From positions 191,830,001-191,894,000 of the forward strand of contig NC_058368.1 of the NCBI RefSeq assembly GCF_018350175.1: 64,000 nt of DNA. Direction: 5' to 3'. This document shows positions 38,033 to 50,300 of the stretch, piece by piece (positions within the stretch are counted from its first letter, which is position 1; each line of letters begins with the position of its first letter). Position numbers and translations under genes: made by a program. Below the pieces are notes generated by a model that was given only the letters and a program-made list of their open reading frames with translations, did no database searches and was not told where the DNA came from. Source of the DNA: Felis catus. Its lineage: Eukaryota.

Positions 38033-38747
38033 AAACTATAATTTTAAAACAGCATCAGAAAGATGGAAAAACTGGATTGGGAGGAAAGCATCCTTATTAA
38101 AATGCTAAAAAATTTAATAACCATGATAGGAACATTGACCTCTAATAAAGCGTATGTCTCATCATTGAATTATTCCCACTTTTACATGTGTGATCAAGCG
38201 GGAAAGTTTGCTTTCAATTTACTTCACAAGAGCTTCTCCATATCCTTTACCCCAAACTACACAGTGCATTAAAGCAATAAAATAAATCATATTCCACATA
38301 ATTCAGCATCTGAGGCACACCTAAAGAGTCAATTCAACAAAGGAAATCTTAAGAATAAGAGAAACAGTCTTCCTATCTCTGAGAGACAACACAGGCACTC
38401 AATCCAAAAAAAGCAATCCTTTTCTTCAGAGCTCAGAAACAAAGTTTAGACTGCATTTTCCTTTGAGTTTCTGAAATGTTACCCCAACCACATTAGAATG
38501 CAGACACCTGGTCACCTTTTTTTTACAGTGTGAAAAACTTCAAGATAATTTGATGGGCGCCTGCTTTGAGATTTCAGCTAGTGCTATTAGAATTATATAG
38601 GAAGATGACACTGAGTTAAGAGCAACTTCTTGGAAACATGTTGTTCAATTATTATTTGGTCACCAAATCTGGATTAAATGACATAGGTAAAGTTAGAATA
38701 AGATTTGAACATACCTGGAGTCCATCCTAGGCTTACCTTTTCAGATT

Positions 38748-39037
38748 CATTCTTTTCTTTTCTTTTCTATCAAGAGAGAGACAGAGAGACAGAGAGAGAA
38801 GGTGGGAGTAGGGGAAGGGGAGAGGGAGAGGGAGAGGGAGAGGGAGAGGGAGAGGGAGAGGGAGAGGGAGAGGGAGAGGGAGAGGGAGAGGGAGAGGGAG
38901 AGGGAGAAAGAGAATCTCAAGCAGAATCCACACCCAAGGTAGAGCCCCATGCAGGGCTGGATCTCAGGACTCTAAGATCATGATCTGAGCTGAAATCAAG
39001 AGTTGAACACTTAACCAACTGAGCCACCCAGGCACCC
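38748..39037 (-). mobile_element. Can-SINE with expanded (GGGAGA)n
   Basis: Ends GAGCCACCCAGGCACCC; perfect hexamer run at ~38818-38907; degenerate TSD core ACCTTTTCA. Confidence 0.93.
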
Positions 39038-39270
39038 TTCACCTTTTCACGTTCTTATAGGAGAACTGCGTAATATCATTCGTACAAAATCACTTTGTAT
39101 CAATTCAGCATAAGTACCCCAAAAATGAGGCATATCTAGAGATATGAGCTTTGAAAGAGCTAATCAAATAGCATCCCATTCATTTGATGGCCTTGTTAGC
39201 TTTGGAAAAAATAAGTTTGATGTACTTAGACAAAAACAAATTCAGGGGATTCTATATATTCTATACAGAA

Positions 39271-39485
39271 CAATAGTTCTCAGTCAGGGGCATTTGCCCC
39301 TAGGGAACATTTAACAATGCCTAGAAGCTTTTTTTTTTTTTTTTTTTGTCATAACTGAAGCAAGAAATTGCTAATGGCATCTAGTGGATAGAGACCAGGG
39401 ATTTTGCTGAACTTCCCATGATGCACAAAACAGTCCTCGAAACAGAATTATCTGGTCCAAAATGTCAACAGTGTCAAGTATTCCA
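39271..39485 (+). mobile_element. MER20
   Basis: GTTCTCAGTCAGGGGCATTTGCCCCTAGGGAACATTT...GGCATCTAGTGGATAGAGACCAGGGA...CCAAAATGTCAACAGTG. Confidence 0.8.
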
Positions 39486-39842
39486 AGTTAACATTTTTCC
39501 TTTCACTGCACAAGTCAATGTCTTCAAAGAGTTGTGCATAGTCTTTATATCTTTGCCTCTTCACATCCCACTCACCCCCAATCTGGACTCTGCTCCCCTC
39601 ATCCTAACACATCAACTCTCACTGAAGATTCCAATGAGCTGCTTTCACCCAAACCAACTTCTCATCTTGTTTGACCACTTCCTTGGAAGACTTTTTCCAC
39701 TTGCTTCCAGAATCCTAAATGCTCCTGGTTTTCCTATTTTCTTTCTTCCCAGACTCATTAGTTAGCTTTATCCTCTTTATGCCCTTACATATTAGAGTGC
39801 CAAGATTCACTTTTAAGCCCTCTCTTTAAGTTTTCTCAAGGA

Positions 39843-40468
39843 TTCATTCCCTATTGCTGCTGTACCAAATTACCAGAGACTTAGTGACTTAAAACATCAT
39901 AAATGTATTATGTTACAAATTTATTATCTCACTGGACTAAAATCAAAGTTTCAGCAGGACTGTCTTTCTGGAAACTCAAGGGGAAAATCCATTTTGTTGA
40001 CTTTTCCAGCTTCCAGAGCTGCCCCTGTTCATTGATGAGAGACTCCTTCCATTTTAAAAGCCAACAGTGACTGGTCAAGTCTTTCTCATATCACATTACT
40101 CTGAGACTGACTCTTCTGCCACTCTCTTCCACATTTAACCACCCTTGAGATCTTATTAGGATCACCTAAAAAATCTAAGATAATCTCCCTACTGTACAGT
40201 CAGCTGAATAACAACCTTAATTCCATCTGCTATCTTTTTTTTTAATTTAAGTTTTAGTTAGTGTACAGTGCAATATTAGTTTCAGGAGAATTCAGTGATT
40301 CATCACTTACATACAACACCCAGTGCTCCTCACAAGTGTCCTCCTTAATACCCTTCACCCATCTAGCCCATCTGCTATCTTAATTCCCCTTTGCAATGTG
40401 AGATAACATATCCATAAGTTTGGGGAATTAGAACATGGACATCTCTGGGAGGCCATTATTCTATCACA
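39843..40468 (-). mobile_element. MLT1 solo LTR
   Basis: CCTATTGCTGCTGTACCAAATTACCA..ACTTAGTGACTTAAAACA...GGGAATTAGAACATGGACATCTCTGGGAGGCCATTATTCT. Confidence 0.8.
40237..40367 (-). mobile_element. 131-bp carnivore L1 3' stub inside MLT1
   Basis: T tail plus L1 3' UTR; exact TSD CCATCTGCTATCTT at 40223-40236 and 40368-40381; TCTT/AA site. Confidence 0.92.
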
Positions 40469-40469
40469 G

Positions 40470-41735
40470 TAATTTGCCTTCAATTACCATCCATTTGCAC
40501 AGAGACGACTCCAAATTTTATGCTTTGTATCTCTGGTCTAGATTAGTCTTCTAAACTCTAGATCTACATACTCAAGTGTTGAAGAAAACCTCCAGCCCCA
40601 AACCAAACTCATAAGTTTCCTCCCCAAAGATGGTCCTTTATCAGTGTTCCCAGGTTCAGTGAACGGTATTAAGAGACATTCAGTTATGCAGGCTAGAAAC
40701 ATGGATGCTGGTCATTTTTAACAGCAACTTTTTAAAATCCACTACCAAGTCCTATTACTTTCTAAATATCTCATGAATTTCTCTACTTCTTACCATCTTC
40801 ACCCTCCCTACCACCCCTCTAATTCAATAGACTGTTACCTCATCAGAACTATTAGAACACTCTCCTAACTAGTTCATCCTCACCTGCTTTGAGCCCTCCA
40901 GTCTCCATTCTTCATATGGCAGAATGACCTTTTTGGAACTTACATCTGATCAGGTCATTTTTCTGCTTAAATTTTCTAATGGCCTCCTGTTTTCTAGGTG
41001 CAAACACAAAACACTTGAATACAGCACTCAAGGCTCTGCCAGGTGTGGCTCCTGAGCGCCTCTCCAGCCTAAGGTAACACACTACATTGCTCTTCTTCCA
41101 GCCTGACAAAGCACTCACTTCTCTCTTTCCACAGGACCTTGGCACACACTGTTCTCTGCCTAGATTGTTTCATTTCTCTCTTATTGTATTTAACTTCTAC
41201 TCATCCCTAGCTCACAAATTAACCATTGCCTCATCAGGGAAGCATTCCCTCATCTCCCTTGTTCAAGCCTTAAAACACCATGCCTCTCTTTTATTTTATT
41301 TTATTTTTTTTAATTTTTTTTTTCAACGTTTATTTTTTTGGGAAAGAGAGAGACAGAGCATGAACGGGGGAGGGGCAGAGAGAGAGGGAGACACAGAATC
41401 GGAAACAGGCTCCAGGCTCTGAGCCATCAGCCCAGAGCCCGACGCGGGGCTCGAACTCACGGACTGCGAGATCGTGACCTGGCTGAAGTCGGACGCTCAA
41501 CCGACTGCGCCCCCCAGGCGCCCCCCATGCCTCTCTTTTATAACACTTAGCATAATTGCAATTGCAAATTGCTTTGTGATATATTTAAATTAGTTCTCTG
41601 TACAATAATTTGATTGCCTGTCTCATGATAGCAGAACAGTGTCTGTGCTTACCCTGAATCCTAGTGCCTAGTCTAGGTCTTGGCCCAATGTTGGTACTCA
41701 GTGACTATTTATTAACTCGATAAATAAGTGACTGA
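40470..41735 (+). mobile_element. L2 LINE 3' part, interrupted by a SINE
   Basis: Pyrimidine-rich L2 body (TCAATTACCATCCATTTGC, CTGATCAGGTCA..TCTGCTTAAA); ends GGTACTCAGTGACTATTTATTAAC..TGACTGAAT. Confidence 0.7.
41293..41524 (-). mobile_element. Young felid-type Can-SINE
   Basis: CpG-rich, GCCAGGTCACGATCTCG variant; exact TSD CCATGCCTCTCTTTT at 41278-41292 and 41525-41539. Confidence 0.98.
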
Positions 41736-42990
41736 ATCCAGAGTAAGATGTCTATTACTAGACACAATCACAGGAATGAGCAGTGGGTCATCTTACTGTT
41801 TGTTCATTCAATACTGTTTTACTAAACTTTCCTTTGTTTCAAATACTAGTAACCTGTTTTATTTGCCGGTTAGAATCTCTAGCTATACAAACAAAAATTT
41901 AACAATTGTACTGTAAGGTCAAGAGGAAAGGAAAATGCTCTTCTGATATCCCTTGATTTCTCCTCTAGATATCATTTTCTTCCCCTGAGATAAATTTGAA
42001 CTGCTCTACAGGAATGTGGCTTGACTCTCTGTCCTTAGCATCATTGGCAACAATTCTCAAAGCTGCCAATGGCAATTGTGGACACTCATTGGAAATGACA
42101 GCAGGTTTCAACATGGCATTGACTTGCATGATGTTTTTCTAATGCTTGAGGAATTTGGTCATGTGTCAAAGTTGCTCATGTTAAATGATCTATTACGTGC
42201 CATGATCTTCAGAAAGGTCATCTGTCACATTGTAGGCCAGAAGTGTCACCTCTCTTTAATGTGATAAGAAGCCAAATTCCCAACCTAACTGGAGAGAAAT
42301 TGGCAAAAGCTGAGAGTCTCAGTTCACACCCACAATTGCACAAATGAAAGCTCCCCACTTAAACCAGCACTTAAACTAAACATAACAGTTCAACATTCTA
42401 TGACTTAATAGCAACTGGATTTTAATAGTTATAGTATTATTGGCTTGAGGTAATCTTATAATGAATATAAATTGATACCTGTAATGAGTATTGTTCTGAC
42501 TAAAATGAGTGAAACCTACTTAGGTGGGGGAGGGAATGGGATGCTAGAAAATAAAAGGAAGAAGTGGCACTATTAAACTGCATTTTGCCAAACAAGGAAG
42601 ATTTTAACCACAGAAAAGTCCGAGAATTCATTTACAGCTATGACTGCACGATATTTGTAAGGAACTCAAGTGAACCCTAAATTGGCCGAAGATAACATCA
42701 TGCATGGCAAAATCTAGCTTGAAAGAAAACTGACACCTCAGTTAAACTAAAATCAAGTTTAGTGAAGTGTTCCTGAGGAGAGGGTATTTGGACTCTTCAG
42801 AAATGCACCCAAATAGTTATCACTAGACTAACCAAATGGCAATTATAAGAATTATAAGGGAAAATACTACAATTTCAGTATCTGTGCTAAAAATTTACAT
42901 GTGTGCCTTATACCTGACACATTTTGATATCACAAGAGATCAGTTGGGTTCGTGCTGAGCCTTTGTCTCAAGATACTTAAAAGTAAAAGA

Positions 42991-43234
42991 GGGGTGCCTG
43001 GATGGCTCAGTTGGTCAAGTATCTGACTTCAGCTCAGGTCATGATCTCCTGGTTTGTGAGTTTGAGCCCTATCTTAGGCTCTGTGCTGACAGCTTGGAGC
43101 CTGTAGCCTGCTTGGGATTCTGGGTTTCCTTCTCTCTCTGCCCCTCCCCCATTCGCATGTGGAGGGTGGGGTGGTGATGGTGCTCTTGGGCTCACGTTCT
43201 ATCTCTCAAAAATAAACACACAAAAAAAATTTTA
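42991..43234 (+). mobile_element. Can-SINE with ~30-bp G-rich insert
   Basis: Standard head; TSD AAAAG(T/G)AAAAGAG at 42979-42991 and 43235-43247. Confidence 0.95.
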
Positions 43235-44189
43235 AAAAGGAAAAGAGAAAGTGTGTGCTTTATGCTGACATTTTATCCTTGATTTATATAACCCTTACAT
43301 GTTTTCCTTTAATACAGTCCAAGAAATTTTACCAATAACCTAGAAGGCTGTTAAGATGATTTCTATGGCTGAGATATAAGATACACCCCGTAGAAAACTC
43401 ACTAGTGTAGAAAATTTTTAAATGGACAAAGGTCTCTCAGAGACTCTAATCTTCTTCTCCTTTAGACAAGTACTTGGGAAGACAAAGCAGCTAAGTTATT
43501 TCTCCAAAACACAGAGTTGCTGCTTACGCTGCCTAGCACTAGTCTCCACACTTAAAGTTCTGTGCCTTTCCAATGTATCATAACACCTCCCATAGCACTA
43601 AGTTCTTTCAGACATGTGAAATCTTTATAGTCTTTTGCTCAACCAATATGACTGCCTCCTTACACTTAAATGAGACATTAAAAGACCCAAACAGCATGAA
43701 TCATTAAAAAGAATTGATAAATTGACTTTAAATTTAGAACTTGGGTACCACAAAAGATACCATAAACAAAATAAAAGACAACCTATGGATAAGAAGACAT
43801 CAATATTGGACATAACTGAAAAAGGACTAGTTTTAAGAATATACAAAGAGCTTCTATAATTCAAAAAAAATGAATAACAGGGAAAAGAATGGATGGACAA
43901 TGTATGAAGAAGAAATTCATAGACCAAGAAACCCAAATGGACAATAAATAAAAGATGTTCAACTACACTAGAAATTAGGAAGATGTAAATGACAACAATG
44001 AGACAGCATCAAATTGACAGAAAAAGTTATAATCTGAAAATATTAAGTACTAGGCATACTACAGTTATGAGAACTGTCAATTCTGTTAATAAGAACTTAA
44101 ATTGCTACACTGACTTTGGACAACCATTGACAGTATCTAATAAAGTTGAAAATGCTCAGACCCTAAAATCCAGCAACTTTCTTCTAGAC

Positions 44190-44872
44190 CAGGAAAGAAG
44201 AGGAGATGTTGACTAACTACCCAGGAGACACCTGGCAATGTCTAGAGACATTGTTGCTTGTCACATGTGGAGGTGCAAGGGCAGGGAAGGAGGAGGGGAG
44301 GGATACTATTGCAATCTGGTGGGTAGAAGGTAGGAATACTGCTAAACATCCTACAGGTCATTCTTATCCCTAAAGAATTAACTGGCTCAAAATGTCAGTA
44401 GTGCTGATGTTGGGAAATTGTAGTGAGTTGAATGGTGGCACCCCCAAATCTGCCTACCTGGAACCTGTGAACATGAAAAGGGGTTCACATTATTTAGGAA
44501 AGGGGGTTTTGCATATATAATTAATTTAAGGATCTCAACATTGAATCATCCTGGGTTATCCAAGTGGGCCAAAAATTTAATGACAAATGTCCCTGTAAGA
44601 AGAAAAGACACAAAAGACCAGAGATGCAGAGAAGAAGGCCATGTGTCAGGTACAGAGATTGGAGTGAGCAGCCACAGGCCAAGGAGTACCAACAGCCACC
44701 AGAAGCTGGAAGAGACAAGAAATGAAACACCCTCTAGAGCTTCTGGAGGAAGTGACTGACAACTTCGATTTTGGTCTCTGTACTGCAGACCTATAACAGA
44801 CAATATTCTATTTTTATAAGCTACCCAGTTTATGATAATTTTCTGTGGTAGCCCAAAGAAATTAATATACTG
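44190..44872 (+). mobile_element. MER20, with an MLT1 inserted next to its right end
   Basis: GGCAATGTCTAGAGACATT, ATCTGGTGGGTAGA, GCTAAACATCCTACA, CAAAATGTCAGTAGTGCTGA; 8-bp hAT TSD TTCTAGAC (44182-44189) / TCCTAGAC (44873-44880). Confidence 0.8.
44419..44869 (+). mobile_element. MLT1 solo LTR
   Basis: TGTAGTGAGTTGAATGGTGGC...GGAACCTGTGAA...CAGCCACCAGAAGCTGGAAGAGACAAG...GAAATTAATA. Confidence 0.85.
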
Positions 44873-46733
44873 TCCTAGACATATAGTTAAGAGATTCACT
44901 TGCATATGTATGGGAGGGAAAATGTATAGGTTGGTTATTGAAGTTCATTATAGCAAAAAACATTTGAAACAGTCTGAATTTTTATCAAGAAGAAAATTGA
45001 AAAATGTGCTAAAGTATATTCAGAAGGATACATATGGAATGATACCACTTATATGAAGTTTTAAAATCGGCAAAGCAATATTATATAATATTTATGGATA
45101 TCTAAGTCTGCAGCAAAAGTATAGTGCAGGTGATAAACACTGAATCCACAATAGTAATTACTCATGTTATGGATATGAAGAAAAAAGAGAGAGAAGAGGG
45201 CACAGGAAGCTCCATTTTTTCACCTGAAATATTTAGTGTCTTTAGTTAAACAGATCTGATGAACATCTGGCCTGATATCAGGATATAACAAAGCTTGGTA
45301 TTTGGTATGTTACAAATAGTCTCCATTCTTGTTTATTTTTAATCATTTATGGTAAGTTAACTACTGAATATTTTTAAGCCATGGAAATGTATGCCATGTA
45401 AAATAAATGAAGATGATGTTACAGGTGTCAGGGGAGTAATGAAGGGAGAATTAGATTATGAGGAAACAGGATACAGGTGGAGCTTTGGATTCAACACAGA
45501 GATGGAGCCCTAATGAGCTAGCCAATCATAGCACAGATGCTTGCTTTTCTAATGTTTTCTTCAGGGATTCTCCCTCCTTACCTCCCCATCTCCCTCTTCT
45601 AATTCTTTTGTCATTTGATTTCAGTTGAGAACATTCTTCTATGACCTCCACCCTAATCATTCCTCTGTTATTCTGGTTCACGATCAAATCTGTGACAATT
45701 GTAAAAGAGGGCAAAATGAGGATGGAGTCCTCAATCTTTGTTTTTTGATCTCGACAGCCAACTTGGAGATTTGCATCAGTGAGTTATATTCTGCTAACCA
45801 AACTTCCCAGATTTGGAGGAACTGCAGCTACGATATTCTTCAAGGGACCTCTGAGTATAACAACAGAACTGTATTATCCATGCTTCTGGGTCCTGACTCT
45901 GCATTTCCTCTAGGAATGCAAGACCAGCTGAGCAACACAATGAATTTTATGGGTCTGGCATAGCTTGTGATTACATACAAAGCCCAAGTCCAGTTTGTGA
46001 TTATGGACTTCGTCAAAGCACACCAAAAGAAGAGTTAGGGAAAGTATCTAACAGAAAAAAATGAATAAATAAATAAACTATGTTTCTGGTATGTGGGGTA
46101 GACTGGCAGTTTGGAGGTGTTTTGAAGAAATGGAAATACGCAGGTTGCCTAATAGCCTAAAATACACAGGCAATTGGTCATCTCTTCTTTCATATACCTT
46201 CTCATGGCAAAGACTGGATTTTGGTAACTGAATGATTGGCTTGAAATAATTAAGGGGAAAGCACTCTAACATCTGTTCCTTTGGCCATAAAAATTATTAT
46301 AAAAGGAACCCCTTCACTCATGAATTTTTATATTAAATGAAGCACTTCCCAATGTGAGATGGAAACAGCCCTATTCTTTAAAAAGAAAAACAACCTCTAA
46401 ATTTCCATTTTTGCAGCTCATTATCTTTCTTTGTCCACCACATATAATCTGTTCCAAGATTTCAAATTAGGAAACTATTCATAGTATTAGTCTTAGTAAC
46501 CTTAATGTTAACCCCAAAGTTTCTGGAGAAGTGCTATCTTTGGTCTTTGCATATAATCTGTTCTTTCCTCAAGATGTACTTGGTAGAATAGAAATGAAAT
46601 ACTTATGCAGTTATATGTTTACTGTGTATCCACCTAGCTAGACTGGAAGCTCCTTGAAGGGAGAGATACTGACTGCCTTATTCACCACTGTGTATTAATG
46701 CCTACCATAAAGTTGGCTCCAAACTAGGTGCTC

Positions 46734-47115
46734 ATAATGGACTGAATTATGTCTCCCCCAAAATTCATATATTCTAAATGTAACCCCCAATATGACTGTA
46801 TTTGGAGGTAGAGCCTTTGAGGAAGTAATTAAAATTAAGGGAAGTCATAAGGATGAAACTCTAATCCTGTAGGACTGAGGCTCCTACAAGAAGAGATACC
46901 AGAGCTCATCCTCTTTTTATTCTTGCACAGACTAGAGACCATATGTGGACAGATCAAGAATATGGCAGTCGATAAGCATGGAAGAGAGGTCTCACCAAAA
47001 ACCAACCCCGACAGCACCTTCATCTTGGACTTCGTGCCTCCCCAACCATGAAAAAATAAATTTATGTTTTTTAAGCCACCTAGTCTTGTTACAACAGCTT
47101 GAGGTAACTAAGACA
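46734..47115 (+). mobile_element. MLT1A-like solo LTR
   Basis: ATGGACTGAATTATGTCTCCCCCAAAATTCATAT...CACCTTCATCTTGGACTTC...AATAAATTTATGTTTTTTAAGCCACC...ACTAAGACA. Confidence 0.85.
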
Positions 47116-47392
47116 TTGCTCCATAAGGTTTTGCAAAATAAATGGTGTGATGATGGAAATGATTACAGTAAATTACAGGCTGATAGAACATAAATACTAA
47201 GTGTGGAAAGGTATAAGCCACTGAACCAATGTTAAGGAACTCAGATTTAGTTCTTCAAATACACAAAAACAATTCTTATCCACAGATCAAAGGTATTTAA
47301 ATTACATCTAACAAAACTATATGCAGAACAAATTTCATTCTTGATTCTATTACTTTAAGTGGAAATATGTATTTCATTTTTAAAACATTCTT

Positions 47393-50300
47393 TTTTTTTA
47401 TGAAATTTATTGACAAATTGGTTTCCATACAACACCCAGTGCTCATCCCAAAAGGTGCCCTCCTCAATACCCATCACCCACCCTCTCCTCCCTCCCACCC
47501 CCCATCAACCCTCAGTTTGTTCTCAGTTTTTAAGAGTCTCTTATGCTTTGGCTCTCTCCCACTCTAACCTGTTTTTTTTTTTTCCTTCCCCTCCCCCATG
47601 GGTTCCTGTTAATTTCTCAGGGTCCACATAAGAGTGAAACCATATGGTATCTGTCTTTCTCTGTATGGCTTATTTCACTTAGCATCACACTCTCCAGTTC
47701 CATCCACGTTGCTACAAAAGGCCATATTTCATTTTTTCTCATTGCCACGTAATATTCCATTGTGTATATAAACCACAATTTCTTTATCCATTCATCAGTT
47801 GATGGACATTTAGGCTCTTTCCATAGTTTGGCTATTGTTGAGAGTGCTGCTATGAACATTGGGGTACAAGTGGCCCTATGCATCAGTACTCCTGTATCCC
47901 TTGGATAAATTCCTAGCAGTGCTATTGCTGGGTCATAGGGTAGGTCTATTTTTAATTTTCTGAGGAACCTCCACACTGCTTTCCAGAGCCGCTGCACCAA
48001 TTTGCATTCCCACCAACAGTGCAAGAGGGTTCCCGTTTCTCCACATCCTCTCCAGCATCTAGAGTCTCCTGATTTGTTCATTTTGGCCACTCTGACTGGC
48101 GTGAGGTGATACCTGAGTGTGGTTTTGATTTGTATTTCCCTGATAAGGAGCGACGCTGAACATCTTTTCATGTGCCTGTTGGCCATCTGGATGTCTTCTT
48201 TAGAGAAGTGTCTATTCATGTTTTCTGCCCATTTCTTCACTGGGTTATTTGTTTTTCGGGTGTGGAGTTTGGTGAGCTCTTTATAGATTTTGGATACTAG
48301 CCCTTTGTCCGATATGTCATTTGCGAATATCTTTTCCCATTCCGTTGGTTGCCTTTTAGTTTTGTTGGTTGTTTCCTTTGCTGTGCAGAAGCTTTTTATC
48401 TTCATAAGGTCCCAGTAATTCACTTTTGCTTTTAATTCCCTTGCCTTTGGGGATGTGTCGAGTAAGAGATTGCTACGGCTGAGGTCAGAGAGGTCTTTTC
48501 CTGCTTTCTCCTCTAAGGTTTTGATGGTTTCCTGTCTCACATTCAGGTCCTTTATCCATTTGGAGTTTATTTTTGTGAATGGTGTGAGAAAGTGGTCTAG
48601 TTTCAACCTTCTGCATGTTGCTGTCCAGTTCTCCCAGCACCATTTGTTAAAGAGGCTGTCTTTTTTCCATTGGATGTTCTTTCCTGCTTTGTCAAAGATG
48701 AGTTGGCCATACGTTTGTGGGTCTAGTTCTGGGGTTTCTATTCTATTCCATTGGTCTATGTGTCTGTTTTTGTGCCAATACCATGCTGTCTTGATGATGA
48801 CAGCTTTGTAGTAGAGGCTAAAGTCTGGGATTGTGATGCCTCCTGCTTTGGTCTTCTTCTTCAAAATTCCTTTGGCTATTCGGGGCCTTTTGTGGTTCCA
48901 TATGAATTTTAGGATTGCTTGTTCTAGTTTCGAGAAGAATGCTGGTGCAATTTTGATTGGGATTGCATTGAATGTGTAGATAGCTTTGGGTAGTATTGAC
49001 ATTTTGACAATATTTATTTTTCCAATCCATGAGCAGGGAATGTCTTTCCATTTCTTTAAATCTTCTTCAATTTCCTTCATAAGCTTTCTATAGTTTTCAG
49101 CATACAGATCCTTTACATCTTTGGTTAGATTTATTCCTAGGTATTTTATGCTTCTTGGTGCAATTGTGAATGGGATCAGTTTCTTTATTTGTCTTTCTGT
49201 TGCTTCATTGTTAGTGTTAAGAATGCAACTGATTTCTGTACATTGATTTTGTATCCTGCAACTTTGCTGAATTCCTGTATCAGTTCTAGCAGACTTTTGG
49301 TGGAGTCTATCGGATTTTCCATGTATAATATCATGTCATCTGCAAAAAGCGAAAGCTTGACTTCATCTTTGCCAATTTTGATGCCTTTGATTTCCTTTTG
49401 TTGTCTGATTGCTGATGCTAGAACTTCCAGCACTATGTTAAACAGCAGCGGTGAGAGTGGGCATCCTTGTCGTGTTCCTGATCTCAGGGAAAAAGCTCTC
49501 AGTTTTTCCCCGTTGAGGATGATGTTAGCTGTGGGCTTTTCATAAATGGCTTTTATGATCTTTAAGTATGTTCCTTCTATCCCGACTTTCTCAAGGGTTT
49601 TTATTAAGAAAGGGTGCTGGATTTTGTCAAAGGCCTTTTCTGCATCGATTGACAGGATCATATGGTTCTTCTCTTTTTTTTTGTTAATGTGATGTATCAC
49701 GTTGATTGATTTGCGAATGTTGAACCAGCCCTGCATCCCAGGAATGAATCCCACTTGATCATGGTGAATAATTCTTTTTATATGCTGTTGAATTCGATTT
49801 GCTAGTATCTTATTGAGAATTTTTGCATCCATATTCATCAGGGATATTGGCCTGTAGTTCTCTTTTTTTACTGGGTCTCTGTCTGGTTTAGGAATCAAAG
49901 TAATACTGGCTTCATAGAATGAGTCTGGAAGTTTTCCTTCCCTTTCTATTTCTTGGAATAGTTTGAGAAGGATCGGTATTATCTCTGCTTTAAACGTCTG
50001 GTAGAACTCCCCTGGGAAGCCATCTGGTCCTGGACTCTTATTTGTTGGGAGATTTTTGATAACCGATTCAATTTCTTCACTGGTTATGGGTCTGTTCAAG
50101 CTTTCTATTTCCTCCTGATTGAGTTTTGGAAGAGTGTGGGTGTTCAGGAATTTGTCCATTTCTTCCAGGTTGTCCAATTTGTTGGCATATAATTTTTCAT
50201 AGTATTCCCTGATAATTGTTTGTATCTCTGAGGGATTGGTTGTAATAATTCCATTTTCATTCATGATTTTATCTATTTGGGTCATTTCCCTTTTCTTTTT

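Larger units (their letters stand above)
43670..45330 (+). mobile_element. Very old L1 (L1ME-like) 3' region with nested MER20 and MLT1
   Basis: AAAGGACTAGTTTTAAGAATATACAAAGAGC, AAATGACAACAATGAGACAGCA, TTTGGACAACCATTGACAGTATCTAATAAAGTTG. Confidence 0.7.

Noticed and set aside
38705..38983. ORFs with GE, PL or SL dipeptide runs
   Set aside because: Translations of the (GGGAGA)n tract in a SINE
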